A stretch of 64,000 nt of DNA from Candidatus Heimdallarchaeota archaeon. Lineage in GTDB: Archaea > Asgardarchaeota > Heimdallarchaeia > JABLTI01. The stretch is taken from positions 1 through 64,000 of the forward strand of contig JABCTZ010000006.1 in NCBI GenBank assembly GCA_018238155.1. The letters are read 5' to 3'. Position 1 is the stretch's first letter, and each line of letters starts with the position of its first letter. The notes beneath the pieces were generated by a model that was given only the letters and a program-made list of their open reading frames with translations, had not been told where the DNA came from and did no database searches. Made by a program: the position numbers and the translations under genes. Shown here piece by piece: positions 49,565-57,710 of the stretch.

Positions 49565-51766
49565 TTGAGCGACTATATACATACTATCAGCTTCAAAGTT
49601 CTCATAGACTCTGAAGTTGTAGACTTTACGTTTAGAGTTCCACGAGGAACACTGCTCATCCAAGTATTGGATGAACTCGAAACAACATTGAAAATTCAGC
49701 CAAGAGTAATTGCTACAGTAAATCATGATGGGGAAATAATGATTGTTGAAAACCATTATTCCACCATTGAGTATCTTATACAAAAATTTGGGACTGATTT
49801 TTATGCTGGTGGATCAAGTGTTGTGACATTCAATCATGGAGAATACATTGTTGATTTAGAAGTTCCAGAAGCAATTCCATTTGCTTCATCCTTTAGAACA
49901 GCGAGCAAAAGCTTCTCAATATTACCAAGAGATGTCTCTATTGAGAGACAAGATGGTCAAGTAATGGACTATGAAATATTTCGTTTGCCCACTGCTTTTG
50001 TGCTAAATTCTTGGGGAAATTTTTATCGAATAGTTGATCGCGAATTGGGTGATCCTTTAATAGATCCACCAAAAGTGGACGGAGAAGTATCCTCTCTAGA
50101 TTCAAATCAAACTTATGAAGAAAGAACAGAATCAGAACAAACTTCAATGGTCTACCCACCGAAATTTGATGGTTCGGAATCAACAGATACTGTTTCAGAG
50201 GTATCGGAATTAGATATTTTGACTGAACATTTTGTTGAATCCTCCTTACATGAAGATGATCAAGAAGAATCCGATTCTGAACATGTTGAGAGAACTTCTC
50301 CTTGGCAAAAAACGGAAGACGAGGAGCCCTCTTCAAGTTCAATTGAGCTTGAAGAAGAACCAACAATTGAATCATTGATGGATGAAATCCTCCTTGAAAG
50401 TAAAACAGATCAAAACGATGATGACGTCGACGGAGAATTTCTAACTCAAGCAATTGAAGAACCATTGGCAGATTCTGTTGTTACAGATGTTTCACAGTTT
50501 GATGAGGAATCTGATGACATTCCCCTAAGTGAAGTGATTGATTTTGGCGATGAAATAGATGCTTTAGAGGATGAAACAATTATTGATGAGACGGAAGAAG
50601 AAGATGCTTCAGAAATCCCTGCTCAAGATATTTATGAAGTATCAGTCCTCGAGGAAAATGGTTCAGAAGAACAAATTTTTGATGAATTTGTTGATGAAAC
50701 AGAAGAAATAGCTGCTGATCTTCCAATTGAAGAAACTTCTTCAACATTTGAGGAAATGATTACAACTTCTTTTACAGAAGAGAAAGAAGAACCTGAAGAG
50801 GAAGAAGAATCTGAGGAAGAAACATTTGTTTCTCAACCATTTGATGACGAGCAATTTATTGAATCCATCAAAGATCATTATGTTGCAGAAGATTCACGCG
50901 ATGAAATACTAACATCCACAGCTGAAACAGAAATAATTGAAGATGGTGTTGAAGAAGAATTAGAGAATGAACCTCAAGCATTAGATGATTTGACGGGAGA
51001 TTTGGTTGTTGAATCTGAAGATATTTTCGAATCTGTTGTCAAAGACATCGATGAAGCAATTGAACAATCTGAAATTACTCCTATTCTGAAGGATTTACCT
51101 TTAGATCAAAGACTGGAGATTAGAAAACAAGAGCTAGTTTCTCTTGAAAAAACTTTGAGTGAAGAAGAGAAACTAAAAGTGAAGATACAACAAAGAATGA
51201 TTTCCATTGATTATTACGAAAAAATGAATCCACGAAAAGTATATTCTATATCCGTGAAAATTTCACCTACTCTTTCAACTAAACAAAATGAACATAATAT
51301 TAAACTGAAGATTGTACCAATATTTCCAGGTTGCTATGTAACACCTCACCAAGAGATTGTTGAAATAAATGGTGAAAGTGATATTGATGTAGAATTTACT
51401 GTAACACCTCTAATTAGCCAAGGAACGGTCAACGGAAAACTTGGCATTTGGTATAAAGGAAGGAATATTCTTAATATTAATACTACTTCAAAAATAAGGA
51501 ATTATTCGGGTTGCATTGTTAGTAGTATATTGGCATTTCTATTTGGAATAATGCCTTTTCTATTTTTAATATTTAATTTTAATTTTAACAATGCTTTAGC
51601 AACAGGATTAAATAACATCTTTTCAACTACATTGACAGCTAATCTGTTTGTGATTTTTGAAATAATTTTGCTAGTAATTTTTCTTGGTCTAATGGTTGGG
51701 TTCATTTTCGTAGGGAAACCAACCAAACGAAAAATAAAACGCAAATTTTATCCTGTAGCTCCTTGA
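49565..51766 (+). CDS. Membrane-anchored protein: two tandem UFM1-like beta-grasp domains, acidic linker, beta-rich domain, two C-terminal TMs
   Basis: aa 7-83 and aa 84-162 resemble each other and UFM1 (SFK, VPE..PF, DG, G...RI..R..G). About 350 aa D/E-rich. TTG start with GAGGT RBS. Confidence 0.7.
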   Translation: MSDYIHTISFKVLIDSEVVDFTFRVPRGTLLIQVLDELETTLKIQPRVIATVNHDGEIMIVENHYSTIEYLIQKFGTDFYAGGSSVVTFNHGEYIVDLEVPEAIPFASSFRTASKSFSILPRDVSIERQDGQVMDYEIFRLPTAFVLNSWGNFYRIVDRELGDPLIDPPKVDGEVSSLDSNQTYEERTESEQTSMVYPPKFDGSESTDTVSEVSELDILTEHFVESSLHEDDQEESDSEHVERTSPWQKTEDEEPSSSSIELEEEPTIESLMDEILLESKTDQNDDDVDGEFLTQAIEEPLADSVVTDVSQFDEESDDIPLSEVIDFGDEIDALEDETIIDETEEEDASEIPAQDIYEVSVLEENGSEEQIFDEFVDETEEIAADLPIEETSSTFEEMITTSFTEEKEEPEEEEESEEETFVSQPFDDEQFIESIKDHYVAEDSRDEILTSTAETEIIEDGVEEELENEPQALDDLTGDLVVESEDIFESVVKDIDEAIEQSEITPILKDLPLDQRLEIRKQELVSLEKTLSEEEKLKVKIQQRMISIDYYEKMNPRKVYSISVKISPTLSTKQNEHNIKLKIVPIFPGCYVTPHQEIVEINGESDIDVEFTVTPLISQGTVNGKLGIWYKGRNILNINTTSKIRNYSGCIVSSILAFLFGIMPFLFLIFNFNFNNALATGLNNIFSTTLTANLFVIFEIILLVIFLGLMVGFIFVGKPTKRKIKRKFYPVAP

Positions 51767-51770
51767 TTTG

Positions 51771-51794
51771 ATGATTAACGCAGCCGTTAATCAT
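51771..51794 (+). terminator. Hairpin plus T-rich tract
   Basis: ATGATTAACG-cagc-CGTTAATCAT-tttc. Confidence 0.5.
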
Positions 51795-51867
51795 TTTCAT
51801 TTTCTAAATGCTCTAGAAAGATTTTAATATAAATTAAATAGAAAAGCAAGAGAAGGAGTAAGAACAT

Positions 51868-52086
51868 ATGAATGATTTCAACGCATTCCTTGGTCCAAAA
51901 GGTTTACTAGCATTTGCCATTATTTTTCTAATTTTAGGAATAGCCGCGTTCGCATGGTTGTTCATGTATCAAGAAGCAGACCCAGATAGAACATTTCGTG
52001 GTTCAGTAGCCCGAGCATTTTCTGCATCAATGTTTATGGGATTTTCAGTTTTCCTCTTTGTTGTCTGGAGTGGCGCAATAGCATAA
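51868..52086 (+). CDS. OST5/TMEM258-like oligosaccharyltransferase small subunit
   Basis: 72 aa, two TMs. G...AWLFMY and ASMFMGFSVFLFVVWSG match TMEM258 (AWFFVY; ASLFMGFGVLFLLLWVG, recalled). AGGAG RBS. Confidence 0.75.
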   Translation: MNDFNAFLGPKGLLAFAIIFLILGIAAFAWLFMYQEADPDRTFRGSVARAFSASMFMGFSVFLFVVWSGAIA

Positions 52087-52108
52087 TTTCATTAATGATA
52101 AGAAGAAG

Positions 52109-52126
52109 AGCGATCGTTCGATCGCT
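52109..52126. terminator. Inverted repeat between convergent genes
   Basis: AGCGATCG-tt-CGATCGCT. Confidence 0.5.
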
Positions 52127-52145
52127 AAATTAACTATTTATTTTT

Positions 52146-52892
52146 TCAATGATATTTAACATTTGAGCAATTGCTCTTAGATTTAATATTGAGCGTTTCA
52201 AAGAGCATTGAACCAATATCTATGAACAATAGGCTATTAATTAACAGTGGTTCTTCTTTTAGCATTACTCTAGTAGCTTCTGCAACTTGTAGGCTACCAA
52301 TTAACTGAATTATACTTGGATGAATACCTGTAATAGATGAAACTGGAAGTGTTTTATCATCAACATGACCAAATAAGCATTCAATACAAGTACTACCTCG
52401 AACAACAGTCATTGCATTCCCAGTTAAACCACTAACTGCACCAAAGAGGAAAGGTAAATCTTTTTCTAAACACTTTTTATTTATTGCAAATCTTGGTGTG
52501 AATCTATCTAAGGCATCAATAACAAAATCTACATTATCAGTCACAAGTTCAACATTTTTAGTAGTAATCTCTTCCTGAATGATTTTAATTTCAACATCAG
52601 GATTAAGATATTCTAAGAATTTTTTAGCTGCTTGTACTTTGGATTTGCCTACATCCTTTTCACGGTAAAGCATTTGTCTTTGCAAATTTGATAATTCAAC
52701 GACATCTTTGTCAATTAATCGCAAGTAACCTACTCCTAAAGCAGTAAGTTGAGTAGCAGTAACAGAACCTAGACCTCCTGCTCCAACAATAGAGACTCTA
52801 GCTCTTCGTATTTTTTTCATACCCTCAACACCAATTGACGGGAGAACAATAAAACGAGAATATCTGCCTGTAGTCAAGTCCTTTTCGTTCAA
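52146..52892 (-). CDS. ThiF/MoeB/E1-like adenylyltransferase
   Basis: RYSR, VGAGGLGS, DKDVVELSNLQRQ, DALD...R and CIEC. Confidence 0.9.
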   Translation of the reverse strand: MNEKDLTTGRYSRFIVLPSIGVEGMKKIRRARVSIVGAGGLGSVTATQLTALGVGYLRLIDKDVVELSNLQRQMLYREKDVGKSKVQAAKKFLEYLNPDVEIKIIQEEITTKNVELVTDNVDFVIDALDRFTPRFAINKKCLEKDLPFLFGAVSGLTGNAMTVVRGSTCIECLFGHVDDKTLPVSSITGIHPSIIQLIGSLQVAEATRVMLKEEPLLINSLLFIDIGSMLFETLNIKSKSNCSNVKYH

Positions 52893-52896
52893 AGTT

Positions 52897-53487
52897 TTAC
52901 TTCTCCTTTAGTAGCTCTTTTGCGAGCTTCTTGACTAAGTTAAATTCGTAATTGTCTACTTCTTTCTTGAAACTAATGAAAAAATCACTGAACATCTCTT
53001 TAGAGAGACCATTTTGAATATAATTATTCATCTGAAGGATAGTTTCCAGTCGATCTGCTTCAGAGACTATTCTTGCTTCAATAGATTTCTTATCTTGAAA
53101 CTCAGAGAAATATTCTTGCAGAATTTTTCCTTGCTCTGGTGGAAGTTTTTGAAATAATGAATTTGCTGCATTTTTGTCAAGGTCATGTTTGAAGGCATCG
53201 AATTTTTCTGGGGCGAATTTTCTTATACAACGGTTAATATCTTGAGATACACTTTCAGACAAGTCATGTATATGCGCCATGATTAATGCTTTTTCTAAAT
53301 TGATCTTTTTTCCATTAGCCTTTTCATCAAAACAGATTAACATAGTAATCATCGTTACAAACTGACTATGATCTGCAACACTTTCTACTTGTGATAGTGG
53401 AACACCAGAATATATCCATCCACTTCTGACTATTCGTTTCAAGCGGATAGATTCTTGTAAAAATGACAATAACTCTATTTCATGCAT
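52897..53487 (-). CDS. HD-domain phosphohydrolase (YfbR/HDDC2-like)
   Basis: LKRIVRSGW, ESVADHS, HIHDLSE and EARIVSEADRLE. Confidence 0.9.
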   Translation of the reverse strand: MHEIELLSFLQESIRLKRIVRSGWIYSGVPLSQVESVADHSQFVTMITMLICFDEKANGKKINLEKALIMAHIHDLSESVSQDINRCIRKFAPEKFDAFKHDLDKNAANSLFQKLPPEQGKILQEYFSEFQDKKSIEARIVSEADRLETILQMNNYIQNGLSKEMFSDFFISFKKEVDNYEFNLVKKLAKELLKEK

Positions 53488-53577
53488 TTGATATCACACA
53501 CATATACTAATTCATTTCAAATTAAAAATGATTGGCACTACTAATAAAAAAAGAGTTGGTTGGTTAATTGCTCCAAC

Positions 53578-54345
53578 CTAAGTATAAAAGGTGCTCTTTT
53601 TCCTTCCTTGTTGGGGCGATGCAGAAGACATTTCTTGTGTTTGATGAGCTAATTCTGAAAGTTTCTTTTTTATGGATTCAGATTGCTCAACCAAATTTTT
53701 GACTTGTACATCTAATTCTTTTAAATTATTGATAACCTTAATGAGCGCTGCAGCACCTCCCGGATCTGGGAGATTAGGTCTTGTACCTACAAGAAACGCA
53801 TATCCATCAACATCACTTATCATGGTTTTGTTCAAAATTGCTCCTGCAAATCCTTTAATAAATCCACTTTTCAGAGGGGGAATGTTCAATTTCTCAGCTT
53901 TGGCTTTAAGCTCTGGTTCTGCAACCATATACACTTTCCCTTCATCATTTTTATTGAGATAGCCGAATCCATCAAGGATAATAATTTCCTTTGCTCCATG
54001 TTTCTCTGTCCATTCCATAATAGTATTAGCAATGAAATAGGCAGCTTCCGGAGAGACAGCACTTTCACCAATGAATATTGCAATTTTCGAGCCTTTCTTT
54101 CCCATGATTCGATAAGGATGTCTTAGATACCCATCTAGGAAAACAGCTACAGGTGGTAATGCAACACCTTCTATAAAACCAATGGTTTCAAGGGCTAATT
54201 TTTTGCTTATATGTTGAGCAGCAATTGCTCCAGTTAACCCCATGCCCGGAAAACCAATAATAACTGTTTCTACATCAAAATCCGTTTTGCAGATACATCG
54301 AGCATACATCTCGGAATTATCAATTAAACTTCTATCATAACTCAT
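53578..54345 (-). CDS. PAC2 family proteasome assembly chaperone (PbaA/PbaB-like)
   Basis: IIGFPGMGLTGAIAA, PDPGGAAALI and a C-terminal FYT (HbYX). Confidence 0.9.
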   Translation of the reverse strand: MSYDRSLIDNSEMYARCICKTDFDVETVIIGFPGMGLTGAIAAQHISKKLALETIGFIEGVALPPVAVFLDGYLRHPYRIMGKKGSKIAIFIGESAVSPEAAYFIANTIMEWTEKHGAKEIIILDGFGYLNKNDEGKVYMVAEPELKAKAEKLNIPPLKSGFIKGFAGAILNKTMISDVDGYAFLVGTRPNLPDPGGAAALIKVINNLKELDVQVKNLVEQSESIKKKLSELAHQTQEMSSASPQQGRKKSTFYT

Positions 54346-54542
54346 TGTTCATTTCTCCAAGTGTTTTTGAAAATAAATCTTCAAATTATATGTTGTAAAT
54401 ATATACTATCTTTTACCATTATTTAGACTTGTTGTTTTTTGTTTAGAAAAAACTTTATCAAAAGTAAACTTTTAATAAAAATATCAATATTAAAGCAAAT
54501 AAAGGGTCGGAAAAATACCTCCGACAAATCGTTGTTTGAAAA

Positions 54543-55430
54543 TTACTTTTTCTTCTTAACAACTTCAATCATTTTCTTAATATGTTTAGTAGAAGTTCCA
54601 CAGCACCCTCCAATAACTTCTACGCCAAGTTTTTGGATTTCTAGCATATCATTAGCAAACCTAGTTGGATCGATTGGGTAAAGATTTTTACCCGCGACAG
54701 TCAATGGTGCTCCTGCAGTAGGTTGTATGATAACTGGTTTCGTTGCAACCTTTTTGATTTCCTTAGCTAATCCTATCATTTCAAAACTACCAAGTGTGCA
54801 ACCACAACCAACAACATCTGCTCCTGCTTTTTCTAAGCGAGTAATGGATTCTTTCACTTCAACATTATCCAATGGTGTTCGATATCCTTCAGCAAACTTA
54901 TCAAAAGTCATTGCTACAATAATTGGTATATCACTCGCTTCTTTGGCACTCTTGATGGCTTCTTCTGCTTCTTCGATATAATACATTGTTTCGATACTAA
55001 ACAAATCTACACCACCTTTCACTAGAGCTTCGATTTGTTCATCAAAAGCTTCTCGGAACATTGATAATGTATAATCTCCACCATCACGTTCTAAAAGCAC
55101 TGCATTTGGTCCAACATTTCCGGCAACAAAACCATTTTTTGGGCAGACACTTCGAGCAATCTCTACTTGACGAGTGTTGATTTGTTGAATCTTTCCTTCA
55201 AGTTTTTTTCCTAAACCTATAATGGTTGCACCATATGTATTTGTATGGATGGCATCAACCCCTGCATCAAAATATGCTTTATGTATTTCTGCAATAATCT
55301 CAGAAAAGTAAGCTGAAAATCTTTCAGCAGAATCGCCTAGTACCAATCCTTTCTCAAGGAGCTCAGTTCCCATTGCCCCATCAAAGAAAACGGTTCGTTC
55401 TTTTATTAAATCAAGTATTGTTTTCTTCAT
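54543..55430 (-). CDS. Homocysteine S-methyltransferase family protein (MetH N-terminal-like, standalone)
   Basis: FDGAMGTEL, HKAYFDAG..TNTYGA, IETM and IGGCCGTS. GGTGA RBS before ATG 55430. Confidence 0.88.
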   Translation of the reverse strand: MKKTILDLIKERTVFFDGAMGTELLEKGLVLGDSAERFSAYFSEIIAEIHKAYFDAGVDAIHTNTYGATIIGLGKKLEGKIQQINTRQVEIARSVCPKNGFVAGNVGPNAVLLERDGGDYTLSMFREAFDEQIEALVKGGVDLFSIETMYYIEEAEEAIKSAKEASDIPIIVAMTFDKFAEGYRTPLDNVEVKESITRLEKAGADVVGCGCTLGSFEMIGLAKEIKKVATKPVIIQPTAGAPLTVAGKNLYPIDPTRFANDMLEIQKLGVEVIGGCCGTSTKHIKKMIEVVKKKK

Positions 55431-55600
55431 ACATTTCACCAAAACTATAACTTCTTTTTTTCCCAAATGCTAATAGTTTATAGTTTTAAAAAACGTTCCT
55501 CAAAGGCAATAGGTGGAGAGAAACAATCAAAACTTTGTTAAGGTGAAATATGTTCTATTCTTAGTAGTGAAAATTTACCTCTCAATCCAAGTTGATTGCA

Positions 55601-57706
55601 ATGAAGAAATTAGTTATTGGCATTGATATAGGTGGAACATTCACAGACATTATTATTCAAAACAAAGATTCTGGTAATATCATTAAACAGCTAAAGGTTG
55701 CAACGACAATCCAAAACCCTGAAGAGGCCATAATCACTAGCTTACATCAAGAACTAACTGATGAAGAAATAGATTTTGTTCAACAAATCTATCATGCTAC
55801 TACGATTGGAACAAATGCTTTTCTTGGTCAAGTAAATTTAGAATTACCTAAAACAGCATTGGTTACAACAAAAGGTTTTAGAGATGTGCTGGAAATTGGT
55901 CGACAAAGAAGATCTTCTCTTTATGACTTCTCTTTTGAGAGACCAAAACCCATTATTCCTAGACGTTTTAGATTTGAAATTAAAGAACGATTAAATCATA
56001 GAGGAGAAATAATCTCTCCCCTCGAATTTGGTGCTTTGCCAAAAATCAGTGCTTTTATCAAACGAGAAAAAATCAATAGTGTTGCAATTACTCTTCTCCA
56101 CTCATACAAGAATTCAATTCATGAACAAAAATTAAAAGAATACTTTGAAAAAAATCACAAAGAGATTTTTGTTTCAGCAAGTTTTGAAGTATCTCCCGAA
56201 CACAGAGAATTTGAACGAACAAGTACAACAGCAATAAATGCGATCTTAATGCCAATAGTTTCTAGATACATAAAGTCATTGGTTGAATCATTTACAGAAT
56301 TTGGTTTTAAAGCTCCATTGTTTATCATGCAGAGCAATGGTGGAGTAAGTAAATCGGATCAAATACAAAAATTACCTGTTAGTATAATTGAAAGTGGACC
56401 ATCTGCCGGTGTAGTTGCATCCCGATTTTATGCTGAATTCCTTGATCTTAATAGAGTACTTTCTTTTGATATGGGTGGAACAACTGCAAAAGCAGGTTCA
56501 ATAGTAGATAAAATAATCACTCTAACCTCTGAATATGAAGTGGGTGGTGATCTTCATAGCGGACGAATTACAAAAGGAAGTGGTTATCCTGCAAGATTTC
56601 CATTTATTGATCTAGCTGAAATTTCCTCTGGAGGGGGGTCAATTGCGTGGGTGGATGAAGGAAATGCTTTGCGCGTTGGTCCGATTAGCGCTGGGTCCGA
56701 TCCTGGTCCCGCTTGTTATAATCAAAATGGTGATGCACCCACAATTACTGATGCAAATCTAATTCTTGGTCGGTTAAATCCTGAAGGCTTACTTGATAAA
56801 ACATTTAAATTATATCCTGAATTTTCAAAGAAAAGTATCAAGAAGGAAATAGCATCGAAAATAGATTTGAGCATTACAGAAAGTGCTCTTGGAATCATTG
56901 AAATTGCAAACATAAATATGAGTCGTATTTTACGAATTGTAACAGTTGAACGTGGATTAGACCCAAGAGGTTTCATTTTAATTGCTTTTGGTGGTGCAGG
57001 ACCATTACATGCATGTGCCTTAGCGACTGAGCTTGAGATGACCCACATAATAATTCCAAATAATCCTGGATTTTTCTCAACAATGGGGTTACTCTTCACA
57101 GATGTTAAACATACAAACATCAAATCAATTAGAGAAAAGATATCGAATCTCGATTATCTGATGATTGAGAATGCATTTGAAAATTTGGAAGGAAAAGGAA
57201 CTGATGTTTTAAATGAGGAAGGTTTCCAAGAAACAGATATAGTTCATCAACGATTTGCGGAATTACGGTATGTAGAGCAAGGTTTTGAATTATTGGTTCC
57301 ACTTTCAGAAGTAAAATTAGTTGGTGATAATGTCTCCTCAAATATTAAGAGAATTTTTAATGAGAACCACAAAGTAAAATATGGCTACATAATGGAAAAT
57401 GAAGAAGTTGAAGTGGTTAATATAAGAGTAAATAGTCTTGGTTTAATCAAGAAACCTGTTCTAAAGCCTATCAAATCTGGAAAGAAAAAACCAATAAAAG
57501 AAGCTATTGTTGGTTATAGGCAAGTGTTTTTCAACAGAGAAAAGGAATTTACTCAAACACCGATTTATGATCGAACAAAACTTCAAGCAAAGAATGAAAT
57601 TACTGGTCCGGCTGTCATTGAACAATATGATACAACAACAGTTCTTCCTCAAAACTGGATAGCAAAAGTGGATGAATTTGGATTGCTTCATTTGTGGAGG
57701 GTGTGA
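55601..57706 (+). CDS. hyuA: Hydantoinase/oxoprolinase subunit A
   Basis: GIDIGGTFTD, HATT, MQSNGG, ESGPSAG, DMGGTT, SAGSDPGPACY and FGGAGPLHA. Confidence 0.9.
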   Translation: MKKLVIGIDIGGTFTDIIIQNKDSGNIIKQLKVATTIQNPEEAIITSLHQELTDEEIDFVQQIYHATTIGTNAFLGQVNLELPKTALVTTKGFRDVLEIGRQRRSSLYDFSFERPKPIIPRRFRFEIKERLNHRGEIISPLEFGALPKISAFIKREKINSVAITLLHSYKNSIHEQKLKEYFEKNHKEIFVSASFEVSPEHREFERTSTTAINAILMPIVSRYIKSLVESFTEFGFKAPLFIMQSNGGVSKSDQIQKLPVSIIESGPSAGVVASRFYAEFLDLNRVLSFDMGGTTAKAGSIVDKIITLTSEYEVGGDLHSGRITKGSGYPARFPFIDLAEISSGGGSIAWVDEGNALRVGPISAGSDPGPACYNQNGDAPTITDANLILGRLNPEGLLDKTFKLYPEFSKKSIKKEIASKIDLSITESALGIIEIANINMSRILRIVTVERGLDPRGFILIAFGGAGPLHACALATELEMTHIIIPNNPGFFSTMGLLFTDVKHTNIKSIREKISNLDYLMIENAFENLEGKGTDVLNEEGFQETDIVHQRFAELRYVEQGFELLVPLSEVKLVGDNVSSNIKRIFNENHKVKYGYIMENEEVEVVNIRVNSLGLIKKPVLKPIKSGKKKPIKEAIVGYRQVFFNREKEFTQTPIYDRTKLQAKNEITGPAVIEQYDTTTVLPQNWIAKVDEFGLLHLWRV

Positions 57707-57710
57707 TTCA

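Noticed and set aside
49938-50465. 175-aa minus-strand ORF, plus other 60-200 aa ORFs overlapping long genes (e.g. 60537-61148, 6737-7180, 56722-57123, 27100-27513)
   Set aside because: Fully overlap well-supported genes and show no recognisable motifs.
52146-52892. Direct UBA5 ortholog
   Set aside because: YSR...IG.EG and SNLQRQ are MoeB/UbaA-type, and the UBA5 catalytic GVCAASLPTT region is absent.
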